Made by a program: the position numbers and the translations under genes. Below the pieces are notes generated by a model. The model did not search any database and was not told the DNA's origin. It worked only from the letters and a program-made list of their open reading frames with translations. A stretch of DNA of 64,000 nt from an uncultured Solirubrobacterales bacterium. GTDB taxonomy: Bacteria; Actinomycetota; Thermoleophilia; Solirubrobacterales; Solirubrobacteraceae. Of this stretch, positions 30,797-40,875 are shown one piece after another. The stretch spans positions 311,423 to 375,422 of the forward strand of contig CAWJXO010000030.1 of NCBI GenBank assembly GCA_963846765.1. Reading direction: 5' to 3'. Every line of letters starts with the position of its first letter. The stretch's first letter is position 1.

Positions 30797-32208
30797 GCGC
30801 CCTCGCCGAGCGAACGCCGTTGGGCGCCCTCGCTGCCCGTGCCCGCCCGAACGTCACGCCGTGGGTGTTGGGCGTGGTCGTCCTGTGCGCGGCGATCGGC
30901 GTCGCGATCGGCGTCAGCCCGAAGTACGGGTTCGCCGCCGTCATCGCGCTGATCTTCACCGCGATCGTGCTGGCGAACCTGACCTTGGGGCTGGCTCTAT
31001 TCGCCGCGCTGTCGTTCCTCGACATCCTCAACGTCGGCGGCCCCGCGGTCAGCTTCATGAAGGTCGCGGGGTTGCTGATTTTCGTGTCCTGGATCGCGCG
31101 CGCGAGCACCGAGAGCCGCGGGCGCGCCCGGGCCCTGTTCGGCGAGCACCCGTGGATGGTGGCCGCGCTGGTCGGCCTCCTCGCGTGGTCGGCGCTGAGC
31201 GCGGTGTGGGCCGCGAGCCCCGGCGATGCGCTCATCACGACCTACCGGTACGCGCTCGACTTCCTCCTGATCCCGATCGCGTACGCGGCGATCCGGGACC
31301 GCAAGCACGCCCATCTGGTCGTCGCCGGTTTCCTGATCGGCGCGGTGGGTTCGGCCGCGTACGGAATCGCCGTCCCCACCGCGTCTACGGTGTTGCAGGC
31401 CGGGCGGTTGACCGGCGCGCTCGGCGAAGCCAACCAGCAGGCGACGGTCCTGGTTGCCGCGCTCGCGCTCACGGTCGGAGTGGCCGGCGTCATCAAGCGC
31501 TCCGCGCCGCTGATGGTGGCTGCGGCCGCCGGCGGGGTGCTCGCGTTCGTGGCCCTGCTCGGCACCGAGTCGCGCGCCGGGCTGCTGTCGTTCGGCTGCG
31601 TCCTGCTCGCCGGGGTGGTGATAGGCGGCCGCTGGCGCCGGGTCGCGTTCCTGCTCGTCCTAATGGGCATGGTCGCGGTGGTCGGCTACTTCGCGGTGAT
31701 CGCCCCGGCCAAGGCGCTCGACAGGGTGACCTCCCCGGACACCAGCGGGCGCAGCTCGCTGTGGACCGTCGGCTGGCGCGCGTTCACGGCGCATCCGATC
31801 CTGGGATCCGGGGCGGGGAACTTCCAGGTCGTGTCGGTCCATTACCTCGAGCGCCCCGGCACGATCACCGCGGCGTTCTACATCGTCGACACCCCGCTGG
31901 TCGTTCACAACATCTACCTCGAGCAACTTGCCGACGTGGGCATCCCGGGCTTGTTGATCCTGCTTTGCATATTCCTGGCGGCGGTGGCTGCTGCGCTCAA
32001 GGCGGCGCACATCTTCGAGCGGCTCGGCGACCGTGACCTCGAGCTGCTCTCGCGCTGCGTCGTGCTGGCGCTGGTCGCGTTCCTGAGCGCCGATTTCTTC
32101 GCGTCCGAGCTGGTCTCAAAGCAGCTGTGGCTGATCATCGCCCTCTGCCCCGCGCTGCTCGCGCTCGCCCGTTCGCAGGCGCGCGGCGCCGCCGGCCAGC
32201 GGATGTGA
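30793..32208 (+). CDS. O-antigen ligase/Wzy-family polymerase
   Basis: About 12 TM; TESRAG, GR..LW..G, HPILGSGAGNF, HNIYLEQLADVG. Confidence 0.88.
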   Translation: MSALAERTPLGALAARARPNVTPWVLGVVVLCAAIGVAIGVSPKYGFAAVIALIFTAIVLANLTLGLALFAALSFLDILNVGGPAVSFMKVAGLLIFVSWIARASTESRGRARALFGEHPWMVAALVGLLAWSALSAVWAASPGDALITTYRYALDFLLIPIAYAAIRDRKHAHLVVAGFLIGAVGSAAYGIAVPTASTVLQAGRLTGALGEANQQATVLVAALALTVGVAGVIKRSAPLMVAAAAGGVLAFVALLGTESRAGLLSFGCVLLAGVVIGGRWRRVAFLLVLMGMVAVVGYFAVIAPAKALDRVTSPDTSGRSSLWTVGWRAFTAHPILGSGAGNFQVVSVHYLERPGTITAAFYIVDTPLVVHNIYLEQLADVGIPGLLILLCIFLAAVAAALKAAHIFERLGDRDLELLSRCVVLALVAFLSADFFASELVSKQLWLIIALCPALLALARSQARGAAGQRM

Positions 32209-33356
32209 TCGGCCTGAGGATCCTGTTCGTGATCGACCGGGCGGTAGACCACGGTGGCGCAGAGCGCTTCGCCGTCGGCCTCGCTGGAGAGCTCGCGTGT
32301 CAGGGCCACGAGCTGTGGATGTGCACCACCCGCGAGATCGAGCCGGGAGTTGCCGGCGTGCTCGATCGCGCCGGCGTGCGGCGGCTGGACCTCGCTCGGC
32401 GAACCAAATGGGACGTGCACCGGTTCTCCCGACTGGTGGGGATGCTTCGGCGGGAGAGGATCGACGTGCTCCACGCCCACATGTTCGGGTCGAACGTGTG
32501 GGGCACGCTAATCGGACGGATGTGCCGGGTCCCGGTCGTGATCGCGCACGAGCAGACCTGGTCCTACGAGGGTGAGCCGCTCCGGTCTTGGCTCGACGGC
32601 AATCTGATCGGGCGGCTCGCGACCCGATTCGTGGCGGTGTCGTCGCTTGACGCTACCCGGATGGTGTCGATCGAGGGGGTGCCGCCAGAAAAGGTGGTGA
32701 TGATCCCGAACGCCTACGTTCCGAGATCGAGCGGGCAGAATGGCGATCTCCGCGCCGAGCTCGGGATCGATCCGTCCACCCCGTTGATTGGGGCCGTGTC
32801 GGTCCTTCGCCCGCAGAAGGCGCTGTCGGTGCTGCTCGATGCTTTCGCGCTCATGCTCGAGGCGATGCCCGACGCCCACCTCGCCGTGGCCGGCGAAGGA
32901 CCGTGTCAGCGAGAGCTCCGGCGCCGTGCCAGAGAGCTCAATCTGGATGGGCGTGTGCACTTCCTCGGCCGGCGCAGCGATGTCGACTCGATTCTGCGCT
33001 CGGTCGATGTGGCTGCGATGTCCTCGGACTACGAGGGGACCCCGCTGGTTGCGTTCGAATGCTTCGCCAACCGGACGCCGCTGGTCGCCACCGAAGTCGG
33101 TGGTCTGCCCGACATCGTCACCAATGGCGAGTCCGGCGTGCTCGTTCCCCCTCGCCGCGCCGACGCACTCGCCGAGGCCCTGGTCGCGCTGGTCAAGGAT
33201 CCGGCCCGTCGCGACCGGATCGCGGAGGCCGCGGCCGGACGGCTTGACGAGTTCACGATTGACGTGGCAGCGCGACGCTTCACGGCGCTGTACGAGCAGC
33301 TCTTCGCCGAGGCCACCCACCGATCACGAATGGACGGAGCGGCGCGCCGTGCCTGA
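32205..33356 (+). CDS. Glycosyltransferase family 4
   Basis: GGAERF, LHAH, QKAL, FLGRRSD, SDYEGTPLVAFE (Ex7E). Confidence 0.92.
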   Translation: MIGLRILFVIDRAVDHGGAERFAVGLAGELACQGHELWMCTTREIEPGVAGVLDRAGVRRLDLARRTKWDVHRFSRLVGMLRRERIDVLHAHMFGSNVWGTLIGRMCRVPVVIAHEQTWSYEGEPLRSWLDGNLIGRLATRFVAVSSLDATRMVSIEGVPPEKVVMIPNAYVPRSSGQNGDLRAELGIDPSTPLIGAVSVLRPQKALSVLLDAFALMLEAMPDAHLAVAGEGPCQRELRRRARELNLDGRVHFLGRRSDVDSILRSVDVAAMSSDYEGTPLVAFECFANRTPLVATEVGGLPDIVTNGESGVLVPPRRADALAEALVALVKDPARRDRIAEAAAGRLDEFTIDVAARRFTALYEQLFAEATHRSRMDGAARRA

Positions 33357-34083
33357 TGTGCTGGTCCTCTGCTACCACGCGGTCAGCCCCGGCTGGTCCG
33401 ACCCGATCGCCGTGACCCCGAAGGCGCTGGACTTCCAGGTCCGCCATCTCCTAGATCAGGGCTGGCAGCCGAGTACTTTCCGGGACGCGGTACTTGCTCC
33501 GCCAGCGCGAAAGACGCTGGCCGTCACATTCGACGACGGTTTTGCGTCGGTGATGACGCTCGGGGCGCCGATCCTCGAGTCGCTCGGGGTGGCGGCCACG
33601 GTATTCGCGCCCACCGCGTTCATGTCCGGCGGGCAGACGCTCAGCTGGCCCGAGCTCAGCCATTGGCTGCAGACCCCCGACGCCGGCGAGCTGGCCGCAA
33701 TGGACTGGAACGATCTCGGTGTGCTCGCCGAGCAGGGATGGGAGATCGGCTCTCACACCCGGACCCATCCGCACCTCTTGGAGCTCGGCAAGGCTGACAT
33801 CGAGGCCGAGCTGGCCGAGTCGCGCGATGAGTGCGCTCGTCAGCTCGGACGGCCCTGCGACAGCATTGCCTACCCGTTCGGTGAGGTGGACGCCCGTGTT
33901 TCCGATGCCGCCCGGAAGGCCGGCTACAGCGCAGGTGCGTCGCTTTCGCGGCGTCTCGAGCGGCTCGGGCCATATCGCTATCCGCGGGTCTGGATCTCCA
34001 ACGCGGACGTCGAGTGGCGGTTCCGGCTGAAGACCACCTGGGCGATCCGGGAGCTCCGCGCGTCACGTTTGTGGCACGCCTGA
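33349..34083 (+). CDS. Polysaccharide deacetylase (CE4/NodB-like)
   Basis: VLCYH, VTFDDG, IGSHTRTH, AYPFG. Confidence 0.92.
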   Translation: MPDVLVLCYHAVSPGWSDPIAVTPKALDFQVRHLLDQGWQPSTFRDAVLAPPARKTLAVTFDDGFASVMTLGAPILESLGVAATVFAPTAFMSGGQTLSWPELSHWLQTPDAGELAAMDWNDLGVLAEQGWEIGSHTRTHPHLLELGKADIEAELAESRDECARQLGRPCDSIAYPFGEVDARVSDAARKAGYSAGASLSRRLERLGPYRYPRVWISNADVEWRFRLKTTWAIRELRASRLWHA

Positions 34084-34114
34084 CAGATCGTCGTCGCTGG
34101 CAGACTCACGTCCC

Positions 34115-35326
34115 ATGCGCCTGGCGATCTACTGCGATTTCACCTACCGCGTCGACGCCGGCGAGCTTTCCGCCGAGGTGCCGTTCGCCCAGTTCCTGAC
34201 GGCCCTCGCCCCCCATTGTGAGCAGCTCACGGTGACCGGCCGCCTCGACCCGACACCGGGACGTCATCCCTACCGGATGGACGAGGTGAATTACGTGCCT
34301 CTCCCGTACTACGCCAGCGGCGCCCAATTAGGCAGGGTAATGCGCACGCTGCCGGTGGGGATCAGGCGGTTCTGGCGGCTGCTGGGGCGAGTGGACACGG
34401 TCTGGATCCTCGGGCCGAACCCCCCTCAGGCGCTCGCATTCGCGCTGATGGCCAAGCTCCGTGGCCGACGGACCGTGCTGGGCGTCCGCCAGGATCTGCC
34501 CACCCTGATCCGCCATCGGCATCCCGACAAGCCTGCCGTGCGCTCTGCCGCGGTCCTACTCGAGCGCGCCTTTCGACTGCTGGCCCGGTTTCTGCCGGTG
34601 GTGGTCGTCGGGCCCGACCTGGCCCGCCAGTACGCTAAAGCCGCTGACCTGCACGTCGCGCTGATCTCCCTGCTGAGCGAGCCGGACATCATGCCCGCGG
34701 AGCAGAACCAGCGTAACTACGACGCAGACCAGCTGTGGTTGCTCACCGTGGGCCGCCTCGATCCAGAGAAGAATCCGCTGCTTTTGGCCGACGTGCTCGC
34801 GGCCGCGCTCCGCGTGGACCCCCGGTGGCGGCTCGAGGTCTGCGGCGACGGGCCGCTGCAGGCGGCGCTGGCCCGCCGGCTCGAGCAGCTCGAGGTCTCC
34901 GACCGCGCTGTTCTGCACGGCTATGTGCCGATCGACGCCGGACTGTGGGAGCTTTACCGCCGCAGCCACGCGTTCGTTCACGTGTCGCTCACCGAGGGGG
35001 TGCCGCAGGTCCTGCTCGAGGCGTTCGCGTCGCGGCTTCCCGTGGTGGCGACCGCGGTGGGCGGCGTGCCTAACCTGGTGTCCGGATGTGGCTGGCTCGT
35101 GCCCCCGCAGGACGCCGGCGCTGCCTCGGACGCGCTGCAGCAGCTGGTCTCCGATGCCGGGCTGAGGACGCGGCTGGTCGAGCGGGCCGTCCAGCAAGCG
35201 CACCGGCACACGCTCGCAGCCGAGAGCGCCCGGGTGGCCTCATTCCTCGGCGGCGACCGGCGCGACGCGGGCGGCACCGTCGACAAACTCCTGATGCCAC
35301 AACTCGAGCATCAGCAGCGTCCATAG
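34115..35326 (+). CDS. Glycosyltransferase family 4
   Basis: VGRLDPEKN, SLTEGVPQVLLE, ATAVGG. Confidence 0.9.
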   Translation: MRLAIYCDFTYRVDAGELSAEVPFAQFLTALAPHCEQLTVTGRLDPTPGRHPYRMDEVNYVPLPYYASGAQLGRVMRTLPVGIRRFWRLLGRVDTVWILGPNPPQALAFALMAKLRGRRTVLGVRQDLPTLIRHRHPDKPAVRSAAVLLERAFRLLARFLPVVVVGPDLARQYAKAADLHVALISLLSEPDIMPAEQNQRNYDADQLWLLTVGRLDPEKNPLLLADVLAAALRVDPRWRLEVCGDGPLQAALARRLEQLEVSDRAVLHGYVPIDAGLWELYRRSHAFVHVSLTEGVPQVLLEAFASRLPVVATAVGGVPNLVSGCGWLVPPQDAGAASDALQQLVSDAGLRTRLVERAVQQAHRHTLAAESARVASFLGGDRRDAGGTVDKLLMPQLEHQQRP

Positions 35327-37123
35327 GCCGCGCGTGTGGTCCTCGCCCCGGCGGTGCTGCTCGATCAGCCGCTCAACCGACGCCGCCCTCACGATGCCGC
35401 GACCGCGGCTGGCCTCGCCGAGCAGCGTGTCGACCGTGAGCTCGTACAGCTCGCCTCGCAGCCACCCCGCGATCGGAGCGGTGAACCCCCGTTTGGGCCG
35501 CTTGAACAGCTCGCGCGGCAGGTGGCGGGCCAGCGCGTCGGCGAGCAGCCGTTTTCGCTGCGTACCCCGCTGCTTGAAGCTGCTGGGCAGCCGGGCGGTC
35601 CATTCGACGAGGCGGTAGTCCAGCAACGGGGCCCGCGCCTCCAGCGAGCTTGCCATCGTCGCGATGTCCATCTTGAATAGCAGCTGATCTGGGAGCGACC
35701 GGCCGGTGTCTACCGCCAGGGCCCGGTCGAGCGGATCCTTCGCGCGTCCCGGCGCCGAGAAAGCCTCTGCCGTCGGCAGCCCCGGCGCGAGCGCGCGTCG
35801 GTCCTGAGGGCCGAGCACCGCGGTCCACTCGGCGTATCGCTCCCCGGGCTCGAGCTCGATCGCCCGCAGCGCGCGGTAGGCGCGGTGGCGCATCGACATC
35901 GGATGGGCGTACTCGTCGCCGATCCGGGTCGCGCTGCGGCCGGCGGCCCGCCGGAGGCCGGCCGGCAGCCGGTCGAGGTAGGCGGCCATCCGCGCCGCCT
36001 GATGGCGGTAGTAGCCGCCGAACAGCTCGTCTCCCCCGTCCCCGGTCAGCGCCACCGTGATCCGCTCCCGGGCCATCCTGGCCACGTAGAAGCTTGGGAC
36101 CGCCGAGGGGTCGGCGAACGGCTCCCCGTAGTGGTGGACGAGCAGCGGGAGCACGTCAACGAGGTCCGTCGTGGACACCAGATCCTCGTGGTGATCCGAC
36201 CCCAGCCGGAGGGCGATCGCGCGAGCCTCGCCGCGCTCGTCGTAGCGCTGGTCGGGAAAGCCGATCGAGAACGTCTGCACGGTCCGCCCGCCGGCGGCCA
36301 GCATGTGCGCCAGCACATAGCTCGAGTCCATGCCGCCGCTCAGGAACAGCCCCAGCGGCACGTCGGACACGAGCCGGGCGCGGACTGCCTCGCGCGCCCG
36401 CTGATCGAGCTCCTCGACCGCGTCGGCGTAGTCGAGCCGGTGCTTGGGCTCGAAGTCGAGCGTCCAGTAGCGCCGGGTCTCAACCACACCGCTCGCCTCC
36501 CACGTCAGGTAGGCGCCGGGCTCGAGCTTGCCCACGCCGCGGAGGATCGAGCGCGGCGAGGCGACGTAGCCAAACTGCAGATAGTCTGCGAGCGCCACCG
36601 GATCGACCTCACGCTCGATCCGGCCGTCGAGCAGCAGCGCTGCTAGCTCCGAAGCGAAGCTGAGCGAGCCGTTTGCGTGGTGAGCGTAGAACAGAGGCTT
36701 CTTGCCGAGCCGGTCGCGCGCCAGCACCAGGCGGGAGGCCGCCGAATCCCACAGCGCGAATGCGAACATGCCGTCGAGCTCCTCGACGAACCGCATCCCG
36801 AACTGCTCGTAGGCGTGCGCGATGACCTCACCATCGGTTCTGGATGCGAAACGGTGCCCGGCTCGCTCCAATCGTTCCCGGAGCGCCGCAAACCCGTAGA
36901 TCTCGCCGTTGAATACGACGTGTACGGTCTCGTCCTCGTTTGCGTACGGCTGATGGCCGCCGGCGACGTCGATGATCGCCAGTCGCCGGATCGCCAGCCC
37001 GACCCGGTCGTCGTCGTGCACCCCCGCCTCGTCCGGACCCCGGTGCGCCAGTGCGTCAGACATCGCCGCGAGCAGCCCGCGGCGCCCCGGCGCCGGACCG
37101 GCGACGCCGGCAATCCCACACAT
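35240..37123 (-). CDS. asnB: Asparagine synthase (glutamine-hydrolysing) family amidotransferase, EPS-associated
   Basis: N-terminal MCGIAG (Ntn Cys), HRGPD, FNGEIY, LSGGMDSS, GDGGDELFGGY, RPKRGF. TAACAT -10 lies 7 nt before ATG. Confidence 0.95.
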   Translation of the reverse strand: MCGIAGVAGPAPGRRGLLAAMSDALAHRGPDEAGVHDDDRVGLAIRRLAIIDVAGGHQPYANEDETVHVVFNGEIYGFAALRERLERAGHRFASRTDGEVIAHAYEQFGMRFVEELDGMFAFALWDSAASRLVLARDRLGKKPLFYAHHANGSLSFASELAALLLDGRIEREVDPVALADYLQFGYVASPRSILRGVGKLEPGAYLTWEASGVVETRRYWTLDFEPKHRLDYADAVEELDQRAREAVRARLVSDVPLGLFLSGGMDSSYVLAHMLAAGGRTVQTFSIGFPDQRYDERGEARAIALRLGSDHHEDLVSTTDLVDVLPLLVHHYGEPFADPSAVPSFYVARMARERITVALTGDGGDELFGGYYRHQAARMAAYLDRLPAGLRRAAGRSATRIGDEYAHPMSMRHRAYRALRAIELEPGERYAEWTAVLGPQDRRALAPGLPTAEAFSAPGRAKDPLDRALAVDTGRSLPDQLLFKMDIATMASSLEARAPLLDYRLVEWTARLPSSFKQRGTQRKRLLADALARHLPRELFKRPKRGFTAPIAGWLRGELYELTVDTLLGEASRGRGIVRAASVERLIEQHRRGEDHTRGLWTLLMLELWHQEFVDGAARVAPVAAEE

Positions 37124-37165
37124 GTAGGCCATGTTAGAGGCGACCCAAATGATTAGCTTCAGGTC

Positions 37166-38257
37166 ATGAAGTCGCCAGAGACGGTCGATTGCTCGGTGCT
37201 GATCCCGGTGCTCAACGAGGAGCGATACATCGAGCACAGCGTCGCCGCCATGCGCCAGCAACGGTTCCGCGGCTCGCTCGAGTTCGTGTTCGCCGACGGC
37301 GGCTCCACCGACCGTACGCGTGAGCTGCTCGACAGGTTCGCTCAGGAGGACCCTCGAATCCGCGTATTCGACAACCCGAAGCGAACCGTCTCGAGCGGGC
37401 TGAACGTGGCGCTCGGCCATGCCCGCGGCCGCTGGATCGCGCGGATGGACGCTCACACCGAGTACCCCGAGGACTACGTCGCGCTCGGCGTCGCCCGCCT
37501 GCGCCGGCACGGCACCCGCTGGGTCAGCGGCCCGCAGACGCCCACCGGCCACGGACGCGTGTCCAGGGCGGTTGCGCTGGCGCTCGCCTCGCCTCTCGGC
37601 CGCGGCGCGTCTCGCAAGTGGGGCGGTGTCGACGACTACCGCGTCGACGAATTCGAGCTCGACTCGGGCGTGTTCGCCGGCGTGTGGGAGCGGGCCACGC
37701 TGATCGAGTACGGGGGCTGGGACGAGCGCTGGCCGCGCAACTCGGACTCGGAGCTGGCCGGCCGCTTCCTGGCGGCCGGCGAGCGGCTGATCTGCCTGCC
37801 CCAGATGGCAGCTCGGTACGTGCCGCGCGATTCGCTGGGAGGCCTGTGGCGCCAGTATCTGGGCTACGGCGAGTACCGGATCAAGACGGCTGGTCGCCAC
37901 CCGCACACCTTGCGCGGGTCCCACCTTCTCCCGCCGGCACTGCTGGCCGATGCCGTGCTGGCCTTGGCCGCGCCGCGTCGCCTGCGGCGGCCGGCTCGCG
38001 CCGGCCTGTGGCTGTACGGGAGCGCGCTGGCCGTGGCCGCGATCGACTCGCTGTCGCGCGCCGAGCAACCCGGCGACGCTGTGACCATCCCCGTCGTGCT
38101 CGTTGTCATGCATCTCGCCAACGCGGTAGGGATGGTCCGCGGCGTGATCCGGCACGGTACGCCGGTTGCCGCGCTGGCGATGCTGGCGGGGCTGGACGGG
38201 GCGGCGAAGGGACGCGCACCCTCGCCTGGGCCGGTGTTTGCACCGTCTCTTTCCTGA
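37166..38257 (+). CDS. Glycosyltransferase family 2 (ExoA-like)
   Basis: VLIPVLNEE, DGGSTD, RMDAH, GGWDE, C-terminal TMs. Confidence 0.92.
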   Translation: MKSPETVDCSVLIPVLNEERYIEHSVAAMRQQRFRGSLEFVFADGGSTDRTRELLDRFAQEDPRIRVFDNPKRTVSSGLNVALGHARGRWIARMDAHTEYPEDYVALGVARLRRHGTRWVSGPQTPTGHGRVSRAVALALASPLGRGASRKWGGVDDYRVDEFELDSGVFAGVWERATLIEYGGWDERWPRNSDSELAGRFLAAGERLICLPQMAARYVPRDSLGGLWRQYLGYGEYRIKTAGRHPHTLRGSHLLPPALLADAVLALAAPRRLRRPARAGLWLYGSALAVAAIDSLSRAEQPGDAVTIPVVLVVMHLANAVGMVRGVIRHGTPVAALAMLAGLDGAAKGRAPSPGPVFAPSLS

Positions 38258-38465
38258 TCTCGACAACTCCAGGCGCAGGAACCTGCGCAATACCTACAGG
38301 CCGCCGATAAGCCTGCAGGAATCCGGCGACCTTTCCCGTGTCCAGGTTTGCCGTCCACATGGGAGATTGCGGACATGCGGGTGCTCCGAGGGAGAGGGTG
38401 GTGGACGTGCGTACGAACCCCCACAGCCGCAATGCAGGGCGGAGCGAGCCTTCGCCGATGACGCG

Positions 38466-39689
38466 ATGAGAATGCGTGGTCAAGCGACATCGACGCGCGT
38501 CCTCGGGCTGGCACTGGCTCTGAGTGCGGCGCTCATGATACTGGTGCTGGCGGTCGTCGCCGTGCGCGCCGACGCGCTTGCCTGCAACTCCGGGTCGACT
38601 TTCGGAACCTTCTCTGCCGCCAACGCGCCGTCGGTCTGCTGGCGGCCCTACGGCCCGACCTCACCGTTCAACAAGCCGATCCCGGCCGGTGCCCGGGTCG
38701 CCTCCGAGTCCGCCTTGATCGTCGCGCACATGATGCGCTACGGCTACCAGTTCTCCGGCGGCAATCACGGCTTCAGCTTCGACAACCAGGGCAGCCGGCC
38801 CGTGTACTGGTCGAGCCCGGCCGATCCGCTGGTCACGATCGTATGCACCGGCTACTGGGGACCGAGCACGTGCCAGGGAGCTAACGGTTACGGGATCAAC
38901 GGAATCCAGATCAACATCCCGGCGGGTGCGCAGCCCGAACAGCAATGGGACGGGCACATGATCGTGATCGATCAGGCCGCCAACGCCGAGTACGACTTCG
39001 AGCGCGCTTCGTGGACCGGTCCAAACCAGCTGACGGTGTGGTCGGGCAGCGAGATCCCGATCTCTGGTACGGAAGCCACCGGCCTGGGCGGCAACGCGGA
39101 CGCGGGCAGCTTCGGCTTGCTCGGAGGCGTGATCCGGCCGGAGGAGCTTCAGGCGGAATCGATCAACCACGCGCTCGCGATCAGCGTCCCGTGCACCGAC
39201 GGCTACGTCTGGCCCGCGCAGGGTCCGTGGGGCCTGGCTTGCAGTTTGGTCGAGCAGGACGCCATCGGTGCGCTCCAAATGGGCGACCTGCTACAGCTCA
39301 ACATGACGCCGGCGCAGATCGCCGCGACCGGGGCACCGGCGTGGCAGCAGGCAATCATGCGGGCGATGGCTCGCTACGGGATGTACATCAACGACACCAA
39401 TGGCGGCGACGACAACCAGGCGCTCGAGCTCGATAGTCAGGACGACGTGTCGTTCACCAGTCTCGGTGAGCCCCCGCTGATGGCCGACGCGCTCCAGAGC
39501 TTTGGCGGCGTCCCGAGCGGCTCCGGCTTCTGGATGGTGGCCGGCGTGCCGATCAACTCGGCGAAGCTCCGCGTGATCGCGGCTTGCGTGCAGCAGGGGA
39601 CGTGCCCCGTGTCCCCTGAGCAGACACGGCTCTCACGCGATGCGCGCCGGCACAACCGTAAGCACAAGCGCCACAAGCGGCGTCGCTGA
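38466..39689 (+). CDS. Secreted hypothetical protein with a basic His/Lys/Arg tail
   Basis: Signal peptide (RVLGLALALSAA..ADA); SPFNKPIP, DGHMIVID, GGVIRPEEL..INHAL, AMARYGMYIND; ends RRHNRKHKRHKRRR. Confidence 0.8.
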   Translation: MRMRGQATSTRVLGLALALSAALMILVLAVVAVRADALACNSGSTFGTFSAANAPSVCWRPYGPTSPFNKPIPAGARVASESALIVAHMMRYGYQFSGGNHGFSFDNQGSRPVYWSSPADPLVTIVCTGYWGPSTCQGANGYGINGIQINIPAGAQPEQQWDGHMIVIDQAANAEYDFERASWTGPNQLTVWSGSEIPISGTEATGLGGNADAGSFGLLGGVIRPEELQAESINHALAISVPCTDGYVWPAQGPWGLACSLVEQDAIGALQMGDLLQLNMTPAQIAATGAPAWQQAIMRAMARYGMYINDTNGGDDNQALELDSQDDVSFTSLGEPPLMADALQSFGGVPSGSGFWMVAGVPINSAKLRVIAACVQQGTCPVSPEQTRLSRDARRHNRKHKRHKRRR

Positions 39690-39703
39690 ACGCCCGGCCG
39701 CCG

Positions 39704-40825
39704 CTACCGCGCGTAGCTCTCGTACAGATCGACGAGACGCCGGGCCCACGCGCCGAGCGCAAACTCCGACTCGATCCGCTCGGACGCGAGCCGTGCGTGC
39801 TCGCTCCGCTCACGCTCGTCAAGCGACAGGATCGCCGTGATCGCGGCGGCGATCGCCTCGGGATCCTCGGCAACGACGGCTGCGCCGGGGAGGCCGCCGA
39901 GCAGCGCGCGCTGGATCGGCAGCGCGGTGGCGACCGCCGGCACTCCGCACGCGAGCGCCTCCATGACCGCGAACGGCATCCCCTCGGCGCGGCTGCAGCT
40001 GAGGAACACATCGGCGGCCGCGTACAGTCGCCGGACGTCGCTCGTCGGCGCGACCACGCGCACCACACGGCTGCGCTCTAGCCGGCTCTCGGACTCCATC
40101 GTCCGGTCCTCCCCGAGCACGGTGAGGATGACCAGCGTCCGGTCTGACTCGAGCCGATCCGCGGCATCCAGCATCAGGTCGCCGCCCTTGCGATGCCAAT
40201 TCCAGCCGAAATGAAGGATGACCCGATTCGCCTCGGTCAGCCCGAGCTCGGCCCGTGCGACCGCCTGATCGGACGTCGTGATCGGCGTGAAACGCTTCGT
40301 GTCGATCGCGTTCGGGAAGTCGCACAGCTTACGCTCGGGAGCGCCACGCGCGCGCAGGTCACGGCGCAGATCGGGGCTCACGCACAGGATCCGTTCCACA
40401 AGAGTGCCCACGCACCCGTAGCGGAACGCGTTCCGCAACCGCGTGTGTGGTGCTCCGCTCAGCGGCGTGTGCTCGTGCCAGAACACGGCCACGTCGCGCC
40501 GGCGCAGCCCGACCAGCGCGGCCGGGATGTCGAACGTCGAGAAGTGTGTGTGGAGCACGGCCGGTCCGGGGTGGACGCGGAGGACGGCTCGCAGACGGCG
40601 CACGGCCGGCCCGGCGTCGGTCATCCGGTTCCGGCTGGCCCGGACAAAGTACACCTCGCCGACCGCCTCAAGCTCGGGGAGCCACGGGCGGTCGCGAGCC
40701 ACCTCGGAGAACAGGAAGCCGGTGGCGTGACCTCGGCGGTTCGCCTCCTCCGCGGCGGCACGAAGCATCGGCACGAACGAACCCGCGTAAGGTCCGGCAT
40801 AGTCGGCACAGTGCAGGATGTACAC
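39704..40825 (-). CDS. Glycosyltransferase family 4
   Basis: LHTHF, WHEH, RKGGD, SRAEGMPFAVME. GTG start at 40825, or CTG at 40879 overlapping the flippase stop. Confidence 0.9.
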   Translation of the reverse strand: MYILHCADYAGPYAGSFVPMLRAAAEEANRRGHATGFLFSEVARDRPWLPELEAVGEVYFVRASRNRMTDAGPAVRRLRAVLRVHPGPAVLHTHFSTFDIPAALVGLRRRDVAVFWHEHTPLSGAPHTRLRNAFRYGCVGTLVERILCVSPDLRRDLRARGAPERKLCDFPNAIDTKRFTPITTSDQAVARAELGLTEANRVILHFGWNWHRKGGDLMLDAADRLESDRTLVILTVLGEDRTMESESRLERSRVVRVVAPTSDVRRLYAAADVFLSCSRAEGMPFAVMEALACGVPAVATALPIQRALLGGLPGAAVVAEDPEAIAAAITAILSLDERERSEHARLASERIESEFALGAWARRLVDLYESYAR

Positions 40826-40875
40826 CCGCGCGAGCGTAGAGGGTGGTGGCGGCCGCCGGGTCTCCTCACCCGGGG

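Noticed and set aside
35240-38290. 1016-aa AsnB
   Set aside because: Ntn amidotransferases need Cys at position 2 (MCGIAG, 37123); the extension is antisense to the GT2 gene.
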